Shown: piece by piece, positions 26,205 to 36,077 of the stretch
Numbering within the stretch: position 1 is the first letter of the stretch
How the letters are laid out: the number at the start of each line of letters is the position of its first letter
Origin: Gemmataceae bacterium
GTDB taxonomy: Bacteria > Planctomycetota > Planctomycetia > Gemmatales > Gemmataceae
Reading direction: 5' to 3'
NCBI GenBank assembly: GCA_043744695.1
Contig: JAYTUG010000292.1
Coordinates: 785 to 64,784, forward strand
DNA length: 64,000 bases
The notes under the pieces: model-generated
The model's database searches: none
What the model saw: the letters and a program-made list of their open reading frames with translations, nothing else
Told to the model about the DNA's origin: nothing
Program-made: the position numbers and the translations under genes

Positions 26205-29200
26205 ATGTCCTCCCCTCTTCCCGCAACGCAGCGTCGAAGCCGGTTGCTTCCCGCCTTCCTCGTAGTGGTTCTCGTCGGTGCTGGGATCGCAGCTTACTTC
26301 TTCTGGCCAAAGCCGAACGTCAAGCCAATTGAAGACATGGCCGGCGCGATGGCCGCAAACCTCCGCGGCGTCGGGCTCATCGAGCAGTACGAGTACGCGA
26401 AGGCCGAGAAGGAATTCGACGAGGCCTCGCGGCTCGCGCCGGAGTGGCTGCCGGCCCGGATCAACCTCGCCATCGCGCTCATGAACGAGAACACGGTCGA
26501 ATCCAAAAAGAAAGCCGAGGAACTGCTCCGCGAGGCGATCAAACGGGACCCGGACAACAAGCACGCCCACTTCTGCCTCGGCATCGTGCTCTACGACCGT
26601 ACGAAGTTGGAGGAGGCCCACGTTCACTTCGCTGCCGTGAACAAACTCGACCCCGAAGATGCCCATACCTGGCTTCGCATGGGCCTCACGCATCCGAACA
26701 AAACGGATTCTCTAGAAGCCCGCAAGTGCTTCGAAGAATCCCTCAAGCGCAACCCCTACCTCAACGCGGCGCGATACCAGTTGTTTCTCGGATTGCGCGT
26801 CGACGATCCGGAGCGGTCGATGAAGTTGCTCGCGGAATTCCAGGCGTTGCAGGCCGCGGACTGGGAGCATCTCACTCGCATTATCTACACCGAGATGGGG
26901 AAGTATGCCGACGTGATTGGCCGCGACCCCAAGGCAACGGGCAAGCCGGCGATCGGCCCTCTACCGATGTTCGAATCGCCGAGTGATTTCAAGGTCGTGC
27001 TCGCGCCGGGAACGCGTTGGGCCACGGCTGCGGACCTCGATCCGATTCGCAAGGCGGCGCGCGAACGCTTCGGTGCCACGATCGTCCTCTTCGACTTCAA
27101 CCGCGACGGGAAGACCGACATCTTCCTCACCTCAGCCGTTTTCGAGAACGGCAAAGTCCGCGATCTGCTGCTCAAGAACGAAGGCAACAACACTTACTCG
27201 GATGTGACGACCGCGGCGGGGTTGGCAACTCCGCGACCGAGCCTCGGTGCCGCCGCCGCCGACTACGACAACGACGGCCAACTCGATCTCGTCATCACGG
27301 GGGCCGGCGAACAGCACCTTTTCCGCAACAAGGGCGACGGTAAGTTTGAAGACCAAACGCTGATGGTCGGCCTCGATCAGGTCAAGGGCGTCTGCCTCGG
27401 CTGCGCTTGGGCCGACCTCGATCAGGACGGCGACCTCGATCTCATCCTGTGCCGGTACGCCGAGAGCATCGAAGCGGCGGGGTTGTTCTCCACCGTTCCC
27501 GCCAAGCCCACGGGCGGTGTGCAAGTCTTTGAAAATATCGGCGTTTACCCGCCTGGACAACTCGGCCCTTTAGGAGGGCTCACGACCAAGTTCCGACCCG
27601 ACGATCGAGTCGGAAAGACCGTGCCACAATGTTCGCCCGTGAGTGTCGTGATCACCGACCTCGACCACGATTTCGACCTCGATCTGCTGGTTCTCGCGGA
27701 CGGCCTCGATCCCATCGTCGTGGAGAATGACCGGATCATGCGCTTTAAGCGAGCGACGCCTAAGTGGGCGAGCGGCATCGCGCGGCGTTGGAACGGCGGG
27801 CTCGTGCTCGATGCCAATCACGACGAACGTTCCGATCTCTTCCTCATCTCGGCGGATGGCCCGCCGCTTCTACTGCTGTCGAAAAACGACCGCGACTTCG
27901 AACCGGGCTCAACGAATAGTCCTCAATTGAAACAGGCCCTCGCAGTCGATCTTGATCGCGATAGCTGGACGGACGTCGTGGGCCTCGGAGTCGACGGGAA
28001 AGCGGTGCTGCTCCACAATCGGGGCGATGGCCGGCTGGAACGGAAGGCCGACGCCTTTGGCGACGCACCCCCTTCGATCGGTCTGGTCGTCGCCAATCTC
28101 GACGACAATTGCACGCCCGATCTGCTCCTGCAAACGGATGCTGGTTTGCAGTTCCGCCGCGGATTGGACAACGGCAACTCGGCGGTGATCGTCGAACCGA
28201 CCGGCCGGCGAATGCCCCGTGCCCAGAAGCAGCCGGGTCCCGAGCGAACCAATGCCGACGGGATCGGTTGCTGGATCACGGTCTATGCCGGGTCGAATCG
28301 TGCCGAGGCCGAACGCACGACCATCTCGGCCGGACTCGGCCAATCCATGCTCCCCACTTCTCTCGGCATCGGCACGGGCGGCCGGGCCGAATCGGTTCGC
28401 ATTCGCTGGCCCGACATGGTCTACCAGACCGAACTCGGCATCAACGGGTGCAGCGTCTTCCGAGTCAGTGAACTCGAACGCAAGCCGGACTCGTGCCCGA
28501 CGCTCACGACCTGGGACGGCGAGAAGTTCACCTTCGTCACCGATATCCTCGGGGGCGGCGCGCTCGCTGAACTCGAAGCCGACGGCTCAGTACGACCGCC
28601 GCGCCCGGAAGAGTCCGTCAAGATCGAGCACTGGCAAATGAAGCCCAGGAACGGGACGTACGTGTTGAAGGTCGCCGAGCCGATGGATGAGGTGCTGTAC
28701 CTCGATCGCTTGCGACTCGATGTCGTCGATCATCCGACGGATGTGGAAGTGCATCCCGATGAGCGGTTCGCCACGATGAGCCCGCAGCCGACCCAGGAAC
28801 TGCTCGCCTTCAAGACGCGGCACTTCCCCAAACTCGCCACGGATCATCGCGGCACCGATGCGACGAAGCTCGTACACGAGCGCGATCGAAAGATGGTCGA
28901 GGGATTCGCGCTGCGGTCGTGGCTCGGCTTCGCGGAGGATCACTCGCTCACGCTCGATTTCGGCGACGTGATGCCGACGAAATCGAACGGAAAGTGGCAC
29001 CTCGTACTCGCGGGGTGGACGGAGTACGCCTACCCCGAGTCCATGTATGCCGCGGCACGGGCCGGCGTGACGCTGAGCGTCCCGGTGCTGGAGCGCCTCT
29101 CCGCGGATGGCAAGACCTGGGAACCGCTCGGCGACCTCGGCTTCCCCGCCGGTTTGCCGCGCGTCATGACCTGCCCGCTTCCCAACTTCACCTCTGGCAA

Positions 29201-29738
29201 GTGCGTACTCCGCATCCGCACGAACATGCAGGTCTACTGGGATCAGATTTACCTCGCTCAAGCCGAGGATTTGGTCGCGACTTCGAAGGTGACACCGCTC
29301 GAAGTCGCGAGTGCCGACATCGCCTATCGCGGCTTCATGCAAGAAGTGTTCCCGGATGGCAGGCCGCCCATCTCCTACGACGACGCGAAGACCGAATCCG
29401 TGACCGTGACCAAGTGGAAGGGCAACCTGACCCGCTTCGGCGACGTGACGGAACTGCTTCGCGCCTTCGACGACCGCTTCGTCATATGCGGGCCCGGCGA
29501 CGAGATCACGGTCCGGTTTGATGCGACGAAGTTGCCGGAACTTCCCGCGGGCTGGCAGCGTTCGTTCGTGTTGCGGTCCGCGGGATATTGTAAATCCGTG
29601 GCGCTCACAACCGCGACGGGCGGCGTCGTGGGGCCGCTGCCGTTCAAGGCGATGCCGAACTACCCAGACTTCGGTTCGGTGAAACCGCCGGTCACGGATG
29701 CGGAGCGCTGGCACACGCGACCCGCGAGCGGCAAGTGA
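26205..29738 (+). CDS. CRTAC1-family protein: N-terminal TPR, FG-GAP/VCBS repeats, ASPIC/UnbV domain and a long C-terminal extension
   Basis: 1177 aa with a TM anchor and TPR (AHFCLGIVLYDRTKLEEAHVHFAAVNKLDPED). Seven DxDxDGxxD-type FG-GAP motifs (DFNRDGKTDIFL, DYDNDGQLDLVI, DLDQDGDLDLIL...). ASPIC/UnbV-like NADGIGCWITVYAGSNRAEAERTTISAGLGQS. Confidence 0.85.
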   Translation: MSSPLPATQRRSRLLPAFLVVVLVGAGIAAYFFWPKPNVKPIEDMAGAMAANLRGVGLIEQYEYAKAEKEFDEASRLAPEWLPARINLAIALMNENTVESKKKAEELLREAIKRDPDNKHAHFCLGIVLYDRTKLEEAHVHFAAVNKLDPEDAHTWLRMGLTHPNKTDSLEARKCFEESLKRNPYLNAARYQLFLGLRVDDPERSMKLLAEFQALQAADWEHLTRIIYTEMGKYADVIGRDPKATGKPAIGPLPMFESPSDFKVVLAPGTRWATAADLDPIRKAARERFGATIVLFDFNRDGKTDIFLTSAVFENGKVRDLLLKNEGNNTYSDVTTAAGLATPRPSLGAAAADYDNDGQLDLVITGAGEQHLFRNKGDGKFEDQTLMVGLDQVKGVCLGCAWADLDQDGDLDLILCRYAESIEAAGLFSTVPAKPTGGVQVFENIGVYPPGQLGPLGGLTTKFRPDDRVGKTVPQCSPVSVVITDLDHDFDLDLLVLADGLDPIVVENDRIMRFKRATPKWASGIARRWNGGLVLDANHDERSDLFLISADGPPLLLLSKNDRDFEPGSTNSPQLKQALAVDLDRDSWTDVVGLGVDGKAVLLHNRGDGRLERKADAFGDAPPSIGLVVANLDDNCTPDLLLQTDAGLQFRRGLDNGNSAVIVEPTGRRMPRAQKQPGPERTNADGIGCWITVYAGSNRAEAERTTISAGLGQSMLPTSLGIGTGGRAESVRIRWPDMVYQTELGINGCSVFRVSELERKPDSCPTLTTWDGEKFTFVTDILGGGALAELEADGSVRPPRPEESVKIEHWQMKPRNGTYVLKVAEPMDEVLYLDRLRLDVVDHPTDVEVHPDERFATMSPQPTQELLAFKTRHFPKLATDHRGTDATKLVHERDRKMVEGFALRSWLGFAEDHSLTLDFGDVMPTKSNGKWHLVLAGWTEYAYPESMYAAARAGVTLSVPVLERLSADGKTWEPLGDLGFPAGLPRVMTCPLPNFTSGKCVLRIRTNMQVYWDQIYLAQAEDLVATSKVTPLEVASADIAYRGFMQEVFPDGRPPISYDDAKTESVTVTKWKGNLTRFGDVTELLRAFDDRFVICGPGDEITVRFDATKLPELPAGWQRSFVLRSAGYCKSVALTTATGGVVGPLPFKAMPNYPDFGSVKPPVTDAERWHTRPASGK

Positions 29739-29814
29739 GCCGTTGCCCTCGCCTCACGGATTGCGGTTAACCCGATGCGGTCGTAAAACGGACCGCAGAC
29801 AATGGGGAACCACA

Positions 29815-30954
29815 ATGATGGCAGATCGACGCCTCGCCGAGATTCGCGACAAGGTGCATGCCGAGACCCGGCTCTCGTTTGAGGATGGCCTGCACCTCGA
29901 CCAACATGCAGACCTGTTCTCACTCGGCGAACTCGCCAACCTGGTGCGCGAGCGCAAGAACGGCGACCGCACTTACTACAACGTCAACACGCACCTCAAC
30001 CCCACGAACGTCTGCGTCTACCGCTGCACCTTCTGCTCGTTTCGGGCCGATCTGAAGTCGCCCGAAGGCTACGTGATGACCGACGAGCAGATCATCGCTC
30101 GTGCCCGCGAAGCCACCGAGAAGGGCTGCACCGAACTGCACATCGTCGGTGGGCTGCACCACGAACTTCCATACGAGTGGTACCTCGGCATCATCCGCAA
30201 CATTCACTGCGAGTTCCCCGACCTGCATTTGAAGGCGTGGACCGCGGTGGAATGGGACTGGTTCGAACGGCTCACGAAACGTTCGACGAAGGAACTGCTC
30301 GCGGAGATGAAAGAAGCCGGCCTCGGGTCGCTGCCCGGTGGCGGCGCGGAGATCTTTCACCCGGACATCCGCAGCAAAATTTGCGACTACAAGGCGGACG
30401 CGGAACAGTGGCTGCGCGTGCATCGCGAGTGGCACGAGATGGGCGGCCGTTCCAACGCGACCATGCTCTACGGCCACATTGAGAAGGCCGAACACCGGCT
30501 CGACCACATGATCCGCCTCCGCGAACTTCAGGACATCACCGGCGGCTTCCAGACCTTCATCCCGCTCGCCTTCCATCCGGAAAACAACGCACTCGGGCAA
30601 GGCATCACCAAGCCTGCCGGCATCACCGACCTGAAAATGATGGCAATTTCCCGGCTGATGCTGGACAACTTCCCCCACATCAAGGCATACTGGCAGATGC
30701 TCGGCGTCAAGATCGCTCAGGTGGCGCAAAGCTACGGGGCCGACGACGTCGACGGCACCGTGGTTCACGAAACGATCTACCATGCCGCGGGCAGCGACTC
30801 GCCTCAAGAGATGAGCGTCGCCGATTTGCGACGACTGATTCAGGAAGCGGGCCGCGAACCGATCGAGCGGGACACGCTGTACCGCGAAGTGGTCCGCGAG
30901 CAACCGCAGGGCAAACGCTGGCAAACGGGGCGGCGCTTGATGGCGCTGAACTGA
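29815..30954 (+). CDS. mqnE: radical-SAM menaquinone (futalosine pathway) enzyme, aminofutalosine synthase MqnE-like
   Basis: 379 aa from MMADRRLAEIRDKV. YYNVNTHLNPTNVCVYRCTFCSF carries the CxxxCxxC cluster, plus GCTELHIVGG and MLYGHIE. The MqnE versus MqnC assignment is from recalled motif context only. Confidence 0.7.
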   Translation: MMADRRLAEIRDKVHAETRLSFEDGLHLDQHADLFSLGELANLVRERKNGDRTYYNVNTHLNPTNVCVYRCTFCSFRADLKSPEGYVMTDEQIIARAREATEKGCTELHIVGGLHHELPYEWYLGIIRNIHCEFPDLHLKAWTAVEWDWFERLTKRSTKELLAEMKEAGLGSLPGGGAEIFHPDIRSKICDYKADAEQWLRVHREWHEMGGRSNATMLYGHIEKAEHRLDHMIRLRELQDITGGFQTFIPLAFHPENNALGQGITKPAGITDLKMMAISRLMLDNFPHIKAYWQMLGVKIAQVAQSYGADDVDGTVVHETIYHAAGSDSPQEMSVADLRRLIQEAGREPIERDTLYREVVREQPQGKRWQTGRRLMALN

Positions 30955-30977
30955 CGCAGGAATCCGAGGATCGCCAG

Positions 30978-32240
30978 ATGCTTTGCACGCCGACCGATCA
31001 TCGTTCTTCGCGCCGTCAATGGCTCGGTTCCGTCGGAGCGATGGGCCTCGCCGGGCTCGCATCGCCGGCCGTTGCCGAGGAACTCAAGAAGCAGCGCAAG
31101 CAGGTTCTGTTCGTCTGGCTCGATGGTGGGATGAGCCAACTCGAAAGCTGGGATCCGAAGCCGAACACGCCCTTCGGCGGCCCGTTTCGCAGCATTCAGA
31201 CTGCCGTGCCGGGCGTCCGCATTTCCGAACTGATGCCGCACTCCGCGAAGATCATGAACCGCCTCGCGATCGTTCGCAGCGTCTGCACGCAGGACGATTC
31301 GCACTCGGCCGGCGTCGATCGCATCCAGCGCGGCGACCCCAAGAACCGCGGCGTCGTCTACCCTTACTTCGGCTCCGCGGTCGCCAAACTCGTCGGCGAT
31401 AACGCGAGCGGCCTGCCGCCATACATCTGGGTGAAGCCGATGAACGGCGGGTTCATCTTCAAGGATGCTGGGTTCCTCGGCCCGCGTTATGGAGCACTCG
31501 CGCTCGGCGACGGCAAGCCGCCCGAGAATCTGCTTCGACCCAAGTCGCTGACGCTGGAAGAAGACGAAGATCGCAACGAACTTCGCAAGCTCGCGGACTC
31601 GCGCTACATGGAGAATCGCCGCAAGGAATACACGGAGGCGAACAGCTACGCCTTCGAAATGGCGGCTCAACTTCAGAAGCGGGTCGAACTCTTCGATACG
31701 TCCAAGCTTCCCGCGAAGGATCTGGAACGCTACGGCACGCACGACCTCGGCCGGCACCTCTTGCTCGCACGGCGACTGCTCGAAGAGGGCGTCACGTTCG
31801 TGAAGGTCACCAGCTACGGTTGGGACACGCACGGCGACCACTTCAACGGCGCGAACAACCTGCATCCGAAATTCGATCGCCCCTTCGCGGCCATCGTGGA
31901 AGACCTCCACGAACGCGGGATGTTGGACAACGTGCTGGTGATCGCGATGGCGGAGTTCGGGCGTACGCCGCGAATCAACGGGCACCTCGGCCGCGATCAC
32001 TGGCCGCAGGCGTGGAGCGTCTGCATGGCGGGCCGCGGTATCAAGCCGGGCGTGGTTGCCGGCAAGACCAACGACAAGGGCACGGAAGTGGCGAGCGACC
32101 CGGTCGATACCGGCGGCTTGTTTCATACGTGGTGGCGAGCGCTGGGAATCGACCCGAACAAGGTGCATTACAAGAACGCGAGCCAACCGCTACCGATCGC
32201 GCACGAAGACATGAAGCCCGTGAAAGAGATTCTGGCGTAA
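30978..32240 (+). CDS. DUF1501 domain protein (sulfatase-like, Tat signal)
   Basis: 420 aa. Tat-like SRRQWLGSVGAMGLAGLA, then the DUF1501 hallmark LFVWLDGGMSQLESWDPKP and C-terminal EFGRTPRINGHLGRDHW. Confidence 0.85.
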   Translation: MLCTPTDHRSSRRQWLGSVGAMGLAGLASPAVAEELKKQRKQVLFVWLDGGMSQLESWDPKPNTPFGGPFRSIQTAVPGVRISELMPHSAKIMNRLAIVRSVCTQDDSHSAGVDRIQRGDPKNRGVVYPYFGSAVAKLVGDNASGLPPYIWVKPMNGGFIFKDAGFLGPRYGALALGDGKPPENLLRPKSLTLEEDEDRNELRKLADSRYMENRRKEYTEANSYAFEMAAQLQKRVELFDTSKLPAKDLERYGTHDLGRHLLLARRLLEEGVTFVKVTSYGWDTHGDHFNGANNLHPKFDRPFAAIVEDLHERGMLDNVLVIAMAEFGRTPRINGHLGRDHWPQAWSVCMAGRGIKPGVVAGKTNDKGTEVASDPVDTGGLFHTWWRALGIDPNKVHYKNASQPLPIAHEDMKPVKEILA

Positions 32241-32259
32241 CAAAACGGAGTCGCGTTTC

Positions 32260-32553
32260 GTGGACGATGAAATCTTGAAACGCTTCGGCTTGGACCCGGA
32301 GACCGCCGACAGGCTCAGCTCCGACGCAGCAATGGCCGAGGAAAAGATGGGCATTCACGGTTTCTCGGTCACGGCTCGAGAAACGAATGCACCCGCGGGT
32401 CGTGCCGATCGATCTGAACTCGAGCGATACTTCACCGTCCACAATACTCCTTCGCGTAGAGACAAAGCCCATCGCACGGTAGAATTACCGAAGCCGGTCA
32501 CGCAGGAAGTCGCCGAGCGATTCAACCGCATTTTCGGGCGAGGTGTGAAATGA
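32260..32553 (+). CDS. hypothetical protein (first gene of an orphan two-gene cassette)
   Basis: 97-aa ORF overlapping the next ORF by 4 bp (ATGA at 32550-32553). No domain recognised. Confidence 0.5.
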   Translation: MDDEILKRFGLDPETADRLSSDAAMAEEKMGIHGFSVTARETNAPAGRADRSELERYFTVHNTPSRRDKAHRTVELPKPVTQEVAERFNRIFGRGVK

Positions 32554-32990
32554 ATGCGAACGCGAATGGTGTCCACACCCGGAATTCTCTCGGAACTCCG
32601 AGCCGCGTCATCGCTCTCGGCTACTACGATGGCCCGACTGAGGGTGCGATCGAATTCGCAGATGGAGATGTGTACCGATTCACCATGCCCGATGAAGATA
32701 ATCAGTTGGCAAGCCAAAGTACCGTCCGGCGTTACGAGCTTTCCCCACTGGCTCCGGACGCAATCGACCGCATCGCAACGACTCTTGCACCATTTTGCCG
32801 TCCGGCATGGCCCGTCTGGTTTCCACAGTGGAACTTCCCCTCCCGTGAGGTGGAGGATGCTATCTCAACCGCAGTCGATGCGGTCCTCGCGGAAACTGGC
32901 CCAATCGAATGGCATTTGGCCACCAGTTCGTATGACACGTTCGAGAACTACCAGGCAATCCGTGCGATCACCGAAGGCTTGGCCCATTGA
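32550..32990 (+). CDS. hypothetical protein (second gene of the cassette; immunity-protein-like size and composition)
   Basis: 146 aa, acidic, with no signal peptide and no domain recognised. Confidence 0.55.
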   Translation: MNANANGVHTRNSLGTPSRVIALGYYDGPTEGAIEFADGDVYRFTMPDEDNQLASQSTVRRYELSPLAPDAIDRIATTLAPFCRPAWPVWFPQWNFPSREVEDAISTAVDAVLAETGPIEWHLATSSYDTFENYQAIRAITEGLAH

Positions 32991-33011
32991 ATCCTGCTGG
33001 AAACAACTCAC

Positions 33012-34037
33012 GTGCCCACGCAACCGCAAGAACTCGGCAAGCCTCTCGTGCCACCGTGCCAGGTGATGCGCATCCGGTTCAGCCCCGATGGCAAGACCCT
33101 GGTTGCGGCCTGCACCGATGGTCTCGTCCGGCGCTGGAACGCGACCGGCAAGGAACCCGCCGAACTCGAATCGCTCAAGGGGCACAACGGCTGGGTCACG
33201 AGCCTCGTTCACGGGAAGGAGTCGCTGTTCACATCCGATAGCTGGGGTCGGCTCACCGCGTGGGATGCGAACGGCAAACAGCAGTGGACCCAGGAGGTGG
33301 CCCACGATGGCTGGCTTCGCACGATCGCGATCGCGGATGCGCGATTGGCCACTTGTGGAAAGGATGGCTTCGTTCGAATCTGGAACGCGGTCGATGGGAA
33401 GAAACTCGCCGAGTTCGACCTCAAATGCGATGTACTTTCGGTGCTGTTCGCACCCGACGGCAAGACGCTCTTCACCGGCGACCTCTTCGGCCTCGTTCGC
33501 GAACACGAACTGCCTTCTGGCAAAGTGATCCGCACCTTCGAAGCCAAGGAACTCTACAAACTCGACCGCATCCAGGATGTCGGCGGCGTGCGCTGCTTGC
33601 TCTTCGATGCCACCGGCAAGACGCTGATCGTTGCGGGCGCGGTGCCGAGTACCGGCGGATTCGTCCAGTGCATCCCGCTCATCGTGGCCTTCGACCGCAC
33701 GACGGGCAAGCGACTTTGGCAGTGGAAGGGCGCCAACGACAACGAAGGCTACGTCACCGATTTGGCCTGGCATTCGGACGGCACCATCGTGGGAAGTGCG
33801 AGCGGCCAGCCGGGACAAGGGAAAGTGTTCTTCTTGAAGCCGGGAGAGGCCGCGCCGTTCTTCGTCGCCGCGAAGCCGAACGTTCACAGCATCGCGATTC
33901 ATCCGGATGGTCTTCGCATCGCGGCGGCACTCACCAACGCCAACAGTTCGGGAAACGGCAAAGTGAAGGGCGCAGGCGGCGAGTACCCTGCGAACAATGC
34001 GCCGATCCAGTTCTGGCAGGTATCGAAAAGCAACTGA
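33012..34037 (+). CDS. WD40 repeat protein
   Basis: 341 aa with repeated blades (FSPDGKTLVAACTDGLVRRWN, GHNGWVTSL, AHDGWLRTIA...GKDGFVRIWN, FAPDGKTLFTGDLFG...). GTG start. Confidence 0.8.
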   Translation: MPTQPQELGKPLVPPCQVMRIRFSPDGKTLVAACTDGLVRRWNATGKEPAELESLKGHNGWVTSLVHGKESLFTSDSWGRLTAWDANGKQQWTQEVAHDGWLRTIAIADARLATCGKDGFVRIWNAVDGKKLAEFDLKCDVLSVLFAPDGKTLFTGDLFGLVREHELPSGKVIRTFEAKELYKLDRIQDVGGVRCLLFDATGKTLIVAGAVPSTGGFVQCIPLIVAFDRTTGKRLWQWKGANDNEGYVTDLAWHSDGTIVGSASGQPGQGKVFFLKPGEAAPFFVAAKPNVHSIAIHPDGLRIAAALTNANSSGNGKVKGAGGEYPANNAPIQFWQVSKSN

Positions 34038-34109
34038 GCCGCTTGCGGCTTCGCGATTCGATCGCGAAACCACAGGCGGCCGGATTTATCGCGAAGCCGC
34101 AAGCGGCTC
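34036..34109. repeat. REP-like palindromic element (unit GCCGCTTGCGGCTTCGCGAT) between convergent genes
   Basis: Perfect 22-bp inverted repeat, 34036-34057 with 34088-34109. The 30-nt spacer holds a third, degenerate unit (34061-80). The left arm starts inside the WD40 stop codon. Confidence 0.8.
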
Positions 34110-34116
34110 GATTCCA

Positions 34117-35457
34117 CTACCAACGCACGATGATGTCCAACGCCGCTGTGAAGAGGTTCTGGCTGCCTTCCCACACCTGGGATTGGCTGTTGTTGTCGTA
34201 CCGGACGCTCGGGCGAATCATCAACGAATTGTACGGCTTGTAGGACACGCCGTAGGTCACTTCGGTGTAGAGGCCCTTGAACCCGGTGCGGAAGCCGCTC
34301 GTGTCTTCGAACACTTCGGCTCGCAGGATGCTCGTGAGCTTATCGTTGTGCGCGTAGAACAGGTAGTTCGCGGCACCGTACCAGTTCGTGTTGCCGATGT
34401 CCGGCACACCCTGGACGTGCGAGTAAGCGGCATCCAGAACGTAATTCAACTTGTCGCTGAACTTGTGGGTCAGCTGGAAATTGTAAACGTTGTAAAAGGC
34501 GAACGCTTCTTTCGCGTCGAACTGCGGGTTGGTGACGACGACATTGAACATCGCGGTCGTCTTACCATCCTTCGGAGCCCACTTGATCTGCCCGAGGTAG
34601 GTGGCACGGTTTGCCGGGTCGATAAAGTTGTCGTTGCCCAAAACGAGGCCGTTGCCCACGGACCAGGTGTCATTCAGCTGAGTTACGGCCCAAACACCGG
34701 TATGGGTGAACGGGTTGTATTGGAACAAGTAAGACATGGACACGAACGGTCGGTCCACGCCCTGGAACACTTCATATTCGCAGTGCGTCGCGAAGCGACC
34801 GACTTTGACCGTGGTGCCTTCGCCGCCGAGCTCCGGCAAGTACGCCTGCCCGTAAAACTGATATGGGTCGATCGGGTAAAGGATCGGGTTGCCGTTGGTG
34901 CCCTTGCGGAGCTGATCGTCCCACAGTCCGCGGGGAACGGAGGTGCGGGCGTCCGAACCGGGTAGTACCCAGTCCGTTCGCCAACCCAACTGGAACTCTT
35001 TCTTACTGGTGTCGAGCGTCTTCTCGACGACCAGGTAGTTCTGGTTGAGGAGGAATTGATTGGCCCGGTCAATCATGAACACGGGGGCGTTCGTCTTACT
35101 CGCCGTGCTGGCGTTGTAAGACATCTCGGTCCAACCGTAGACCGTGATGCCTCGGCTTTTGAGGATGTCGCCGAGGCGGGTTTCCGCCAGCGACTTCTCG
35201 AGGAAGTACTGAGTCGGTGGCTTCGGTTCGTCTTCCTTCTTCTCTTCTTCCTTCTTGTCGTCGACGCCGTCCTTCTTGGGCTCTGCCTCTTTCTTGGCGG
35301 TATCGGGAACTGCGGGCAGGGTGCCAGCCTTCGGGACAGGCGGAAGCTGGGCGGGTTGGCCGACTGCCGTAACACCGGGCAGCGACCCTGGCGGATAATA
35401 ATTCGCCGGCGGCTGGCCACCGGTGAGCGAAGCGGTGAGTAAAAGCGATGTAAACAT
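34117..35457 (-). CDS. outer-membrane beta-barrel (porin-like) protein
   Basis: 446 aa from MFTSLLLTASLTG. Has a Pro/Lys/Glu-rich linker and alternating beta-strand pattern rich in Y/G/N/T, and ends in ...ALDIIVRW (aromatic C-terminus typical of OMPs). Confidence 0.7.
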   Translation of the reverse strand: MFTSLLLTASLTGGQPPANYYPPGSLPGVTAVGQPAQLPPVPKAGTLPAVPDTAKKEAEPKKDGVDDKKEEEKKEDEPKPPTQYFLEKSLAETRLGDILKSRGITVYGWTEMSYNASTASKTNAPVFMIDRANQFLLNQNYLVVEKTLDTSKKEFQLGWRTDWVLPGSDARTSVPRGLWDDQLRKGTNGNPILYPIDPYQFYGQAYLPELGGEGTTVKVGRFATHCEYEVFQGVDRPFVSMSYLFQYNPFTHTGVWAVTQLNDTWSVGNGLVLGNDNFIDPANRATYLGQIKWAPKDGKTTAMFNVVVTNPQFDAKEAFAFYNVYNFQLTHKFSDKLNYVLDAAYSHVQGVPDIGNTNWYGAANYLFYAHNDKLTSILRAEVFEDTSGFRTGFKGLYTEVTYGVSYKPYNSLMIRPSVRYDNNSQSQVWEGSQNLFTAALDIIVRW

Positions 35458-35700
35458 GGTCGTCCCTGACTGAGGGCTTGGGAATCGAAACCGTTGCCGT
35501 CCTGGCATCCGGTCCGGGTCGCTACACGGCGGCCGGGTCACGAATCTCGCGGGAACCACTTGAGAGAGCGGGAATGGTTCCGCGACATGTTGCTATTCGG
35601 CGTGATTCTCCGATTCCCTGAACACTCCGGGACGAATGGAGCTCGACTGTGCGGTAATCTGGGTAAGTGCGTAGGATGGTTCCACGCGGAAGGGCGACCG

Positions 35701-36012
35701 TTAATCCACGGGGCTCAGAATGAGAAGCTTCACGCCCTTCACATAGTCCTTCACGCGCACCCGATACTCGGCCATGTGCGGTGCGGCGGAGTGCGAGTGC
35801 AGTGCGTCAACACTGGACCACTTTTCCACGACGACCACGGCATCCGGACCTGCCAGTTCCTGAACGGCAACCGTGGTCGGTTCATCGATGGTGGCTCCGT
35901 ACTCGATGCAGCCCGCTTCGGCGCGAACGAGTGGCGTCAGCCGCAAAAACTCCTTCAAATAGGCCTCGCGGGTGCCGGGATTGAGTTGAATCGTGGCGAT
36001 GACGTGGATCAT
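35701..36012 (-). CDS. antibiotic-biosynthesis-monooxygenase (ABM) family protein / putative quinol monooxygenase
   Basis: 103 aa from MIHVIATIQLNPGTREAYLKEF...VVEKWSSVDALHSHSAAPHM, the typical ABM ferredoxin-like fold pattern. Confidence 0.75.
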   Translation of the reverse strand: MIHVIATIQLNPGTREAYLKEFLRLTPLVRAEAGCIEYGATIDEPTTVAVQELAGPDAVVVVEKWSSVDALHSHSAAPHMAEYRVRVKDYVKGVKLLILSPVD

Positions 36013-36077
36013 ATTGACTCCGTTGATGGGTTCGCTCAATGGTAAAGCAAAGGCTGCGCGATAACAGGGCTTGCGAC

